Source of the DNA: Utricularia gibba
Lineage: Eukaryota; Plantae; Magnoliophyta
Direction: 5' to 3'
DNA length: 64,000 nt
Assembly (NCBI GenBank): GCA_002189035.1
Contig: CM007989.1
Coordinates: forward strand, 62,001 to 126,000
Shown: one piece after another, positions 36,924 to 50,948 of the stretch
Layout of the letters: the number at the start of each line of letters is the position of its first letter
Numbering within the stretch: the first letter of the stretch is position 1
Program-made: the position numbers and the translations under genes
Notes under the pieces: model-generated
Databases searched by the model: none
What the model saw: only the letters and a program-made list of their open reading frames with translations
Told to the model about the DNA's origin: nothing

Positions 36924-39900
36924 ATGGACTTCGATGAGTACGAGTATCTCGAGAATACAATGGATACTACTGGGCGGAGTAAGTCACGAGAAATGATGGA
37001 TATGGGTGATCAATCAGTCGCACACCCGGAAAATGATAGGCTTCAAAATTCCAAACGTCCAAGTGGTGGTGAATGTGACGAATTTGAGCCTTCATCCAGG
37101 CGTTCAAGATCAAAGAAGAACAACACTGACCATTACGAAGATAGAGCTTCGCGCCGTAGCCCATTTTCTAGGGATAAGGAGAAATTTGAGGGAGATAGGG
37201 GTCGCCACAGGGACACGGAAGATGGTGGGAGACAAGATAGGACAAGGGATAGACACCAAGATAGATCAAGGGAGAGGGATGCTAGCAAGAAAAGGGATCG
37301 CACCGGGGACAGGAATCAACATGAAATTGAAGGACAGCGGTTCAGAAATAACCCAAATTGGGTGCCTCATAAAAGATGGAGAGAAACTAGTAGAGACTTC
37401 GAAAACGCAGATAAAGACAATCAAGAACGGCTGAAAGAGGAGTACTTTAATCGGGGCCACCAAATGAGGTAAATTCCTGTGCCAATTCCAAGCAGAAAGC
37501 ATATCTTGAATAAGCAATGAGCTCCGAATTCGAAAGTTCATAAGTACGTTACTGCAATGAGGCAACTAATATCATCTGCACCCCATTTGTTTTTTGATCA
37601 TTGCAACTCTCTTCTGCTAAAACAACATGACGCTGTTTGTTTTGTCAATTTTTCATTAAGCTACCGCAGAGGGGACTCTAGTTTCTACAAACGTCCATGA
37701 TGATGCTCACATTTTTTGAACCTTAGTATACTTCTTCAATTGCATTCCTTGTGTTTTCATGTTGTATGTGGAAACTAACTTTTTGTTTCTGAAAGTTTGA
37801 TTTCCATTGTTCTGCCCATTCTGGCTTTGTCATTTGCATCTGCTCTTAATTCCGCCTTCTCTCCAGGTTGATGTCATTGCTTTAATATCGAGATTAGTTG
37901 CTTTGACCAAGTGTTATTTAGTTCAGCATAATGACTCTATGGCGTTGTCTGCATGATTATGATCTTGGGTATGATTGTTTTCATTAATGACTATTGAATT
38001 TTACAAGTCCATAAATTCAACCTCTAAGTATTTCTTCTCAAATGAAGCATTTATATTTCTTGTGAGTCAATGTTCTTATACAATTCATGTTCGTTTTTCA
38101 AATTTCAACAGAAAAAAGAAAGAGAAAAACGGTGAGAAGGTGGAGCCAGAAGCTGATCCTGAACGAGATCAAAGAACGGTTTTTGTGTATCAGGTTTCAA
38201 AGAAAAGTTCGTATATATTCTAACATTGGAGTTCTTATAACACATAGGATTTACTATTTTCTACAGATCCCCTTGAAGGCAGGAGAGAGGGAGCTTTATG
38301 ACTTGTTCTCTAAGGCGGGCAAGGTGTAGATCCACTGTAATCTGTAGGATACTAGATTTTGCATGATATATTTATGTTATTTCCGAGAATGAGATTTTTC
38401 TAATTTTATGATAACTCTCTGTGAAACTCTATTCCTGTCAGGTTGAGTGCTTTTCTTGATTATCGGGTGCTTGAGGGATGCCTTTTTGTTAACCATATCT
38501 TGAGATTGTTTCATGGTTCTTTTTGTGATGCAGGTAAGAGATGTGCAGCTGATAATTGATCGGAACACCAAGCGCTGCAGGGGAATTGGGTAATTTGGTG
38601 CTTCCTGTACACATTTTTTTTTTCTCGCCATGTTTGCATTTAATTTTTTGGAATCTGTGGCTAGGGGGTTTCGTGTTATTGCTTTATAATTCGTCATAAT
38701 CAAAAACATGTTGATGGGCAGGCCTTTTTTTGGGTTGGAGTGACTCGTCCTTCAAGTGTCTTGTGTAATTTTATCATATCCATAAGCTCTCAACCTTATT
38801 TCCTGATTAGGTATGTTGAGTTTTATGATGCGATGTCAGTTCCAATGGCAATAGCACTCTCTGGTCAGCATGTTCTTGGTCAACCTGTTTTGGTGAGAGC
38901 ATCGGAAGCTGAAAAGAACCTTGTTCAGCCAACGCCTGGAAAGAATCTTGGCACCTCTGGGGAAGCTAGAAAATTATATATTGGAAATCTTCCACTAACT
39001 ATCAAAGAAGATGACGTGCGCCAGGTGGAGCTTCTTATGGTTCTTATATGAAGTTTTCATGTTGTATAACATGAGGTGAAATATATTTTTCTGAATACTG
39101 AACGCCAGGTTTTTGAAGCTTTTGGTGCTATTGAGCTGGTACAGATGCCAATTGACCCTGGAAATGGGAATTGTAAAGGGTATGCGTTTATTCAGGTAAC
39201 TCATACTTCTCTGTCTCATTTAGTGGCTTTCTTCCTATCTTATGCATTAGCAAGTCTTCTCTAGGAACGCTATTACTGAAAATGATGCCAACATTACGTT
39301 CCTTGTAGTTCGCACGTTTTGAGGATGCAAAGATGGCACAAAATGTAGATGGGGAATTGGCAATTGGAGGTATGACCATTAAGGTAATGAGATACATAGT
39401 TTTTGTTCTCTCGGTTTTTCTTAATGTTTAATACAGTATACCTTTTATAGTATTTCCATTAGTTGGCCCCCAAGGTTCTCATGTCATCAGTTAGGTCACA
39501 TAAATGATTATGTTATTTTTTTGGCACATTGATGCTTATTTTCTTTCAAAATTTATAGGTATCTGCTGTCACTGAGTTGCAGGACGCGAATTCAAAGGTT
39601 ACTGATCTTGATGATGATGAAGGATCTGGTTGGGTTAGTCAACATCAGTAATCTCATTCTTTTATGTTTCAAACCATAGTGCCCATAATACCTACCGAAC
39701 AAACATTTCAAATTCAGAATCTTTGTCATTTGGGTAGCATCAATTTTTTTCCTGCCTTTATTGCCTATTTTTATTAGTTGTAATCTATGGCATTTCCACT
39801 CATTCCTCCTCATTTTACTAAAAGAATTTCCTTGCTAACATATTACCAGTCATTGAAGGATGCTCATTCCCGAGCACTTCTAATGCAAAAATTGGATCGC

Positions 39901-40759
39901 ACAGGAATTGCTTCAAGGTTAGATGCATGTTGAGCTAGGAAATGCTTCAGTTTTTTTATTCCTCATTGCTGGTACTGTTTTACTCATTCTGCAGCATCAC
40001 TGGTGCATCAGTTTTACCAGTTTCTGGGCAGATATCTGTTCCTGTCCTTCCAGGTTTGACTGCCGCTGCCCTTTCTATTCCATCTCTTTCCAGCGGTTTT
40101 ACGGGTACCATAGGCATCCCCAGTGAATGCTTGTTACTTCACAACATGTTTGACCCAAATGTGGAGGTGAGGTCTGGATGAATTAGTTGTGTTTGGTCTT
40201 CCGAGTGATGTGCATCAAAGCTAATATTTTCGAACTTCAGGCTGAGGCAGATTTCGATCTGGACATAAAGGAAGACGTGCAGGAGGAGTGCTCAAAATTT
40301 GGACTGCTGAAGCACATCCATGTAGAGAAGTATGTATGCTACGGAATTTTAGGTTCTTTCCGTGCCCATTCCATGAAATGAATGCCCTTGTGTTATTCTG
40401 GTCCCGTACAATCAGGAAATCTGCTGGTTGTGTGTACTTGCGCTTTGGGAGTGTTGAAGGTGCGACCGCTGCTCAGCGAGCTCTGCATGGACGGTGGTTT
40501 GCTGGAAAGATGGTCACTGCGACGTTCATGGTAAGAAACGCACTCTGCGGTTATCTGACGCTATTTTTGGGATGTGATTAAGGTCTCACTTGGAAGGAAG
40601 TAGTAACAAATTGCATGAGAGGAGTTGGGGAAGTGTTTTGTTGAGGGATTTAAAAGAGCAGCGGTACGATGGGTGTGATTGGTTGGAGGGATGACTGATT
40701 TGGTTTCCTTGCAGCCTCACAGCGCGTACGAAGCCAAGTGCCCCGACAGCAGCAGATAG
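36924..40759 (+). CDS. RBM39/CC1-like splicing factor (RS-rich N-terminus, 2 RRMs, UHM); about 13 exons
   Basis: MDFDEYEYLE, EADPERDQRTVF.YQ, YVEFYDAMSVPMAIALSGQ, RKLYIGNL, KGYAFIQF, LMQKLDRTG, PSECLLL.NMFDP, HGRWFAGKM. Confidence 0.85.
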
Positions 40760-41396
40760 AATGGCGCTCGCCTCTCATGTCTCCGTGGCTGCTCAAATAC
40801 AAAGCAGCTATGAAGCCCAGCCCCCTTCGTTTCGAATTTGGATGATCGATCATTCTCTGGCGTGATGGGCCGGCTGCCTTCGAATTACATCACAATCCTC
40901 CTTTCTCATTGTTCCCATTTGGCACAAACCTTTTATTAATAGTGTATCCCTATTTTATAAATAACGGAAAAACAAAAGGAGGGTGACGCTTGGATTTCCC
41001 ATATTGAGGTAAGGAGGCACAATTTGTATGTTATAACTGACACCGAGTAAACGTAATTACAATTTTTTTTTGTTTTATTTGTTGCCCCACATTAATTAAT
41101 TAAAAAAGCCGGAGAGGAGGAGGTGGAGAAGGGCAACGAATTCTAGGGTAAGAGGGGGCTCCGGCTTGCTCCTTCCTTGCGATGCCTCTTCACTCGCTCG
41201 ATTCTAATCCGCTTCCTTTGTTTTGGTCTGTGACTTGCAGCGGAAGAAAGTAATCGGAGGGAGACCCACTCTTTAGTTTCATCTCAGGAATCCACATGTG
41301 AGTCTCACCGCGGAACTGGATATGGCGTTTCCAGCTTTTGTTCTCGCCTTCTATATTTCCATCGTCATTGCTTTTGTCTCTCAGATTTTATCAAAC

Positions 41397-43716
41397 ATGA
41401 CTCAAGATGTTGAGATGAAGGAGCAGCCGGTGGCCCAATCTGACTCCTCCTCCTCGCCTCCATCAACTCTTCAGCGTCAGTCTTTGTCATATCTCTATCT
41501 CGTTGCTGTTCCCTGGTTCTATGTTGTTTCAGTAGGCAATTCGTTATTCAATTATTAGATTTGAAGGACATATTTGGGCTGATTGAGATTGGGCTTATGC
41601 ACGTGAGGTCCGTCGAATTGTGAGGGCTATACGGTGGACGATTCAGCTTAGGAAGAAGCTCAACGTCTCTGTGATATCTTCCTTTCTCGATTTCGCTCTT
41701 GTGCCTGGATCTGAGATTCATTCGCGCTTGTCTTCATACCTTCCAAGCCCAGTATGTTCAAACTCGATATCTTGCCTTGTTCTTTTTCAGTTAAAAATAA
41801 GCAACTTTTTTTTTAAATGTTTCTCCCTAGAAATAATTATTTTCTTTACTTATCTTTTATGAGTGAGTGAATGTTTTCATGGCAACTGTAGGGAGATGAG
41901 TATGATATGGAAGTTGACACGGCCACGTCTGCAAATCAAACTCCTGCCAAGATTTCACCTGAAATCGAAATCTACTGTTATCTTCTGGTTCTTATATTTT
42001 TGATTGATGGGAAGAAGTACAATGAGGTACGGTACTACTGTATAAGTAAACTTCCAGTATGGGAGCCCATTCATTAAGCGTGACCTTATATTATTGTATT
42101 CTGTTGATCACCTCATTTATCAGGCAAAAGCTTGCTCCACAGCAAGCATTGCTCGTCTGAAGAGTTTCAATCGAAGAACTGTTGACGTTCTGGCATCAAG
42201 ACTTTACTTCTATTACTCCTTGAGCTATGAGCTCACCGGTGATCTTGCTGAAATAAGAGGGTATGCACTTCCTTTCTCTGTTGTTCTCGATTAACAATTT
42301 TTCTATCTACGGTGTTGTTTTGTTTTGAAATATGACTTTGTTGCAGCAACCTTCTTATGTTGCACCGTACTGCAACACTGCGCCATGATGAATTGGGGCA
42401 GGTTCGACCTCCTTGATGAAATTTTTAATCTTTGTGCCCGTATAGCTATTTTTAATTGTATCTCTTATCATTCAGGAAACCCTTCTTAATCTTTTATTGA
42501 GGAACTATCTCCATTACAACTTATATGACCAGGCAGAGAAGTTAAGATCAAGGGCACCTCGTTTTGAAGCCCACTCAAACCAGCAGGCATATTTCATGAC
42601 ACCTTACTCTCTGTGCGGTCAATTTGTTGAAATTGATTTTTTGATGGTCTTTTTCTCAAAGGCTTCATTTTTTTTTTCCCGAATGCTTCTCAATGTCCAA
42701 AGCATTTATCTACATTCAGCTTTGATATCATTTTTTTCATGCTTGTTTCATTTTCTTATGAAGTTATTTATGTTTATTTTAAAACCTGTTATTTGTCCAA
42801 ATGCAGTTTTGTCGTTACCTGTTTTACCTTGGAAAGATCAGGACTATTCAGCTGGAATATACTGATGCCAAAGAGTCTCTGCTCCAAGCTGCTCGGAAGG
42901 CTCCTGTCTCTGCTCTTGGTTTCCGAGTTCAATGCACCAAATGGGCTGTGATTGTCCGTTTATTGCTTGGAGAGATTCCTGAACGAACTGTCTTTATGCA
43001 GAAAGGCATGGAAAAAACACTGCGTCCGTATTTTGAACTGACTAACGTGAGTAACAGAAAGAGCTTGTTATTTTCATAATATAGTTACATTTTATTGCAA
43101 CTGAACGTTTAGATGGTTGAGAGGGTGATATTTTGGTGCTGGATATATTCTTAGCAACAAGTTCTCTGGAGTCCTTTTGCTGACTGATTTAAGGTTTTTT
43201 CAGGCTGTTAGAATTGGAGATTTGGAGCTTTTCAAAGCGGTTGCAGAGAAGTTTTCTAGCACGTTCAGCACAGACCGGACCAACAATTTAATCATCCGAC
43301 TCCGGCACAATGTCATCAGAACTGGTTTACGTAACATCAACATATCGTACTCCAGGATCTCTCTCGCTGATATTGCTAGAAAATTGAGATTGGACTCGAG
43401 CAACCCTATCGCTGATGCTGAAAGCATTGTAGCCAAAGCCATTCGTGATGGTGCCATTGATGCCACACTGGATCATGCTAATGGGTGGATGGTGTCAAAG
43501 GAGACAGGTGATATCTACTCAACAAATGAGCCCCAAATTGCTTTCAACTCCAGGATTGCCTTCTGCCTGAATATGCACAATGAAGCTGTACGTGCCCTTC
43601 GCTTTCCACCAAACTCGCACAAGGAAAAGGAAAGTGCCGAGAAGAGAAGAGAACGACAGCAGCAGGAACAGGAGCTGGCTAAACACATTGCCGAGGAAGA
43701 TGACGATGAATTCTGA
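41397..43716 (+). CDS. RPN3: 26S proteasome lid subunit RPN3 (PSMD3); 8 coding exons, one GC-AG intron; apparent -1 frameshift at 41591-41593
   Basis: [106 protein letters not shown]. Confidence 0.92.
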
Positions 43717-44040
43717 GGCCGCTGTGGCCCTCCCTCCCTCCTGGCGTTGCTACAATCTATATGAAACTGATATCTCTTGGAGCCGTGTTTTATGCTTGGG
43801 TTGCCGCCCACCCCCATTATTCCTTGCGCATGCACTGTTTTTGCACCTGTTTCTGTTCGATTTGAATTGTGGTTGTTGGAGGACACTGAATGCTTACTGA
43901 TATTCATCCTAAGAAGCGCTTCGCAATGGAGTTCACCAAGATTTAAGGAATCCTTAGCAGTACCGCACACTGAAGGTGGAAAACATCATAAAACGTTGGA
44001 AATGAATTTGATGTTGGAGAGCCTGTCGATCTACATGCCT

Positions 44041-45158
44041 TTAGACTTCCGAACTCAAACCATAAGATTTCACCATTGTGCTGACCCTCTCAGCAAACAC
44101 CCTGGACGCTATCTTCTTCCCCGGCACATGGAATGGATTTGAAACTGCATCCACATAGGCAGTGTGGAACCTCCTGAAGAACTGTATAAAAACAGTGTAA
44201 GTCAAGTTGCAATGCCCCCGCTGCTGAAGCGCAACAAACGTTCCCTGGGGGAAGCTACACAAATGTTCAAGTTGGAACATTTGAAGCGACTGCATTAAGT
44301 TGTGGAGCTTACATTTCTCACATCAGCATCTCGAACGTCAAGATCTGTGGTCACCATTATAAATTTCACCTTGGTGTTCGTCAAGTAGCCATACCTGCAA
44401 CCTTCGACTATAAGCAAAAAGAAGTGCATCATGGAACAGCAAATGAATTGCTGATGCGTATGCCCTACACTTTGTAGTTCTCCGTGGGATAAAGCAGGCC
44501 AAGAAATGTCTCGTTCAGGGGTGGCCCTGATTTTTTGGGATTATTCACTGACGAGCCATAAAGGGAAAATGTTAGCTCTACCTTACGCACATGAATAAAG
44601 AGATAACTGATAGAACGAAACTGATCATGTTTCTTCTAGACACTGTATTCAGTTGCTGTGTCAATCAAATCCCCGAACCACTCAATAGAATATACGGAAA
44701 GATATCCATACAAACGGAATAAAAGCAAAAATCCCAAGTAGTGCCCATGCTATGTTGTAGGAAATGAGACCTTTTCACAGAGCTGGAAGAAAAGAAAAGG
44801 ATCTAGACACCCCAGGTTTCGGCAACACATATTATTGAGGAAATCCCTAACAACTGTTCAACGAGCAAGCCAATTCCAAGCAATCACAACTCGTGGCAAA
44901 ACCCAGCAATAAGAATAATCCAAAGGAAAATAAACCTCTTTCGTCGACGACATCGAGAGAACAGTGAACAATGTGATGAAGCTTAAGGGCATCATCAGCT
45001 TCGGTAAAACTCTGTATATACAATGGATTGTTCTGTCGAAAAAGCGAGAATCAAAGCGTATCCACTCAGATTACTTGATATTTCATGAATTGCAATGACG
45101 CATATAAACTAAAACAAAGCGGAACCTGGTGGCCGACGACGGCAACGCAGACGATCAT
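44041..45158 (-). CDS. TRAPPC2L: Trafficking protein particle complex subunit 2-like (sedlin-like); 5 exons
   Basis: MIVCVAVVGHQ|NNPLYIQSFTEADDALKLHHIVHCSLDVVDER|VNNPKKSG..LNETFLGLLYPTENYKV|YGYLTNTKVKFI...YVDAVSNPFHVPGKKI. Confidence 0.88.
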
Positions 45159-45371
45159 TGCCAAGTTCAGACGTACTTTCGGTGAAGAATGGAACTTGTC
45201 ACTTAGCAACGGCATCAAGCCCATTCACGAGAGATTACGGTCCAAACTAGGAGCAATTGGTTGGGCCGTTTTTGTGTACGGCCCATGTAGGCCCAACATG
45301 CAAACGTCGTTCCGCAGTCCTCGCAAATCTTGAATATCACGCGGCTCCAAGACGGTGCTTTGCAATTCGCG
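45159..45371. promoter_or_regulatory. Very short divergent (bidirectional) promoter shared by TRAPPC2L and BolA
   Basis: Only 213 nt between the two ATGs; clustered TGGGCC/GGCCCA site II motifs at about 45260-45297. Confidence 0.55.
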
Positions 45372-46237
45372 ATGGCGGTGACCAGGGAACAAATTGAGGC
45401 CACTCTGAAGTCCTCTCTGAATCCTTCCCATCTCGTAATCGACTTTTTCCCTTGTACCCAATTTTTCTATCATCTTCATACTTTTGCTGAACGCTTTCGT
45501 GATCATGGGTTTCATGTTGTCCTGTTCTTAGGTTTTCATCAAGTTTTTATTTTTAATATCCAGTTTGGCTCGCTTGAATTCATGATATGATAGCGGGGAT
45601 TGAAAATCCACTAATTTTTCTCAACAGTTGGCTGCTAACTGTAAAATTTCTGATGCTCTAGCCTGGAAGCCATGAATATGATTCTAATCGTGTTTACTCT
45701 CTTTTGTCGGGAGTGTTTTTTGACTGAGATATTTGGATTTTACTTATAACTAAAGGTTGCTCATGGAGATTCAATGCCGAATGCTTCAGTTCTATTCATA
45801 ACCTTTCCTGGAGTAGTGGTCATACCATTCTAGATTTTGAGATATCTGCATTGTTCTCAAAACTCCCTTTCCCTGCTGACATTTTTTGTGATTCCTTGTC
45901 TTGCTTTCACGTCGGGCGCGTTACCCGGTTTCAGAATGTCGTGGACACATCCGGTGGGTACGGTCTTCTCCATATCTACGACCACCCTACAATTCATTTC
46001 TGTTTGTGTATTCCGGGTGTCATTTTCCTTCCATTCTTTTTTTCCAGATGTGGTGCATCTTTCTCAATCGAGATTGTGTCTGGAGAATTCGAAGGGAAGC
46101 GGTTGCTGGAGAGACATCGGATGGTGAACGGTGCTTTGGTGGAGGAGATGAAGAAGATTCATGCTCTTTCTATTGCAAAAGCAATAACACCAGAGCAGTG
46201 GAAGCAGCAGCAGCAGCAGCAGCAGGTGACTCCTTGA
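45372..46237 (+). CDS. BolA2: BolA2-like protein; 3 exons (45372-45434, 45935-45957, 46048-46237)
   Basis: MAVTREQIEATL...NPSHL|.V.DTSGG|CGASF.IEIVS..FEGKRLLERHRMVN.AL.EEMK.IHALSI.KA.TPEQW; poly-Gln tail. Confidence 0.88.
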
Positions 46238-46588
46238 AACCTCAGCTAGATAGATGGCTTGAAATGCAATGCATGCAACCTGGTGAAAAGCTGAAAACCT
46301 GATCTGAACAAGTCCTGTGTTTGTGTTTATCAACTTTGTTTAGCTTTGTATCTGTATCATGAGGAGTGGAGTGGCTGCTGGGTTTTTCGATTTTTGCTTA
46401 GGAGATGCTAAGCCTTCATAAAATAATAGAAACAACTTTGGGTGTTGAAGCGGGCCCATTAGCACGAAGATGGTGCTGGGCTTCAGAAGGCCCACAAGAC
46501 CCATTTGACGACGGCGGGAAGCTTCTCTCTCCATTTCTGCATAACCATCTCCGGCGGCTGATTCGGAGGAGTTTACCACAGCGAAGAA

Positions 46589-48376
<1,788 letters not shown>

Positions 48377-49059
48377 TCATGACCCTTGTGGTAACGTTGC
48401 TTTCCCACCCGCTACTGAAACAAAACTTTTGTATGTAACAGATGGAACATGCAACTTGACATTTGATCATCAAAAAAACAAAGCATGAGTATCGATCGTC
48501 TTCCCCATCCTCCCTGGTGGTTGCCATCTGCTTTTCTTGCAACTTGACCGACTTCCAGGGCCAGAAACAGTTCATTCCAAAAGGGCGCGAAGACCCATTG
48601 ACGCTACCCAGTTAGTTTTGGGCTTGGGTGTGTGATGGTCGGTCACAAATGTAATAACAGAAAGGCAAGGAGAAGTTGAAAAGTTGAAAAGACATTTCGG
48701 TGGCAAGTCAAGGCGTGCATTTAAACTCCTCCCAAAGGGGATGTCATTTTTCAACGTTGTTTTCTGTCTCGCAACTTAACGGATTTTGTTATCTGCATCG
48801 TCAACCAACAGAGATGCCGTGCAACACAACCACACATCTTCGATGTGATCTGATCTGATCTGTTATGTAAACTAGGAGAAGACCCAGACACAGACTGGGT
48901 GCTGCTCTGCTCATCTCAGCACCCCACGCCTCAGCTCAGCTCAGCTCACACGGATGATGAAGAAGTTAATAAGTATGTGCGCATTTAAGATGATGAGAGA
49001 GAGGGAAGGGCCAACTCCAGGCCTTGGAGAAAACCTCACCCAATTGAAACACGACTTGC

Positions 49060-49066
49060 ACCTAAC
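49060..49066 (+). promoter_or_regulatory. AC element (ACCTAAC) in the MYB upstream region
   Basis: Motif read directly within an AC-rich stretch. AC elements are established R2R3-MYB sites, but function here is untested. Confidence 0.3.
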
Positions 49067-49663
49067 CCAACCACCCACTTTCTTCTAGAACCTCACTTTG
49101 TCGTCATCAACGCGGACTACTCAAAACAACTACCAGCAGTAGGAGTCGCAGTCCCGGTTTCAAACAACAACAACCCTTGTGTTTTTTTTCTGGGAAAGTT
49201 ATCTAGAAGTCTCTTGCTTGCTCGCTCGTGGACCGATCAGAAATTACTGCGATGAGGCCTGCACAACAACCTCTTCTTCCTGTGCCTTTGCTGGTTGAAC
49301 TCAGGCGACCTGCCCTGGCCTGCCCCGCCACGCCCCTGTCAATTATTTGGGGCTGATTGTGATTAGGGAGGTGGTAGTTTGAGCGAGTGTGATTTATGAC
49401 CAACTGGTACTGGTAGTCTGTATGTGTGCAATCGGTTACCAGGACGGGACAAGACGAGCCCCCTATTCCCTGCCGGTGTTTACCAACTCCCATCTAGAAG
49501 CATTTAGTAGACGACACCTGTCTGCTCCACCCACCCTCCCTCCCCTCCCCATCACTCCTCAAAACTCTAAAATCCCCCCCGCTACTTCCTCCTCCTCTTC
49601 TTCTTCTTCTACTCCTTGACATTAAACCGAAAAGAAAACTAGGTGGGGGGTTCTAGGCGTTAA

Positions 49664-50517
49664 ATGGGAAGGTCTCCTTGCTGCGAGAAGGCGCACACCA
49701 ACAAAGGGGCCTGGACCAAAGAGGAAGACGATCGTCTTATCGCATACATACGCACCCACGGGGAGGGCTGCTGGCGTTCCCTGCCTAAAGCCGCCGGACT
49801 CCTGCGCTGCGGCAAGAGCTGCCGTCTTCGGTGGATCAATTACTTGAGGCCTGATCTCAAACGCGGCAACTTCACTCCCGAAGAAGACGACCTCATCATC
49901 AAGCTTCACAGCCTTCTAGGCAACAAGTAGCTACCTTTCTCATATGCCTCTTTCAGCCCAGTCACTGTGTTGCTGCTCGTTGTAACGGGTTTCTGCTTTC
50001 TTTTCAGGTGGTCGCTAATCGCAGGGAGGTTACCCGGGAGAACGGACAACGAGATAAAGAACTATTGGAACACTCACATCCGGAGAAAGCTTCTGAGCAA
50101 GGGAATCGATCCCACATCTCACCGCCCCATCAATCAGACGAAGATGATCCCTTCCTCCGGTGGCGTTGCTGGAGAAGTAGTGCCCGTAAAAGAAGAGGCA
50201 ACGAGTATGATTAGCACAGAGGAGAAAAGCCCCAGTTTTGTAGGATCCCCGGATTTGAACCTGGAGTTGAGAATCAGCCTTCCCATCAGGGGACAGCCTC
50301 TTCCTCTTCTTCTTCTTCTTCGTGCTTCGACTGCAGCCTTGGGATACGAAGCGGCAGAGATTGTGGCTGTAGTAGAAAAAGTATGAAGTTGGCAGAAGGT
50401 GGGTCAACGAGGACGGGGTATGATTTTCTGAGATTGAAGCCTGATGTTGCGGCATGTGATTTCAGAGGTTTGGAGATGAAGCATTTCCTTGATTCCCCGC
50501 ATCCGCAATACCTATGA
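49664..50517 (+). CDS. R2R3-MYB subgroup 4 repressor (MYB4/MYB308-like); 2 exons; apparent -1 frameshift at 50289-50292
   Basis: [23 protein letters not shown]2R3 repeats, GIDPTSH, and EAR motif [10 protein letters not shown]. In the -1 frame: CFDCSLGI...C.C, GYDFL and DFRGLEMK subgroup-4 motifs. Confidence 0.9.
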
Positions 50518-50948
50518 CGCCTTTTTTTTGTTAAGATTCAATCGGAACAGAGAGCCATTGTGTGTTCCTTCATTGAACTGGATTCGTCTTCATAGGAAAC
50601 CAACCCGTCTCCCCAACTCACTACTGTGTAATCTCCCCCATTTTCTGTTCAATTAGAAGTTTAGTTTCCGAGGCGGGGCAGAGTCCGTGTATGTTGATTC
50701 ATCCTCCCTCCCTCCCTCCCCTGTAAACAAAACACGACAAGGATGTGAAAAATGTTGGGTAGCAGCATCTGAGCAGCGCACACCCAGCACCACAATAATC
50801 TGATAGGTGATGAGACACCCATCCATCCATCCACCCAATTTCGACGATGCATTCAACAACATGCGAGTGGCCATGCTCAGCTGCAGTCTCAAAATTACAA
50901 AGCCCCTGGGAAACACAGTCCAACGGGCCTCTTTCTCTTTTTCCGGGA

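Noticed and set aside
45333-45352. Sequence loosely resembling miR171
   Set aside because: Multiple indels and mismatches, no hairpin, and it lies in the BolA leader/promoter.
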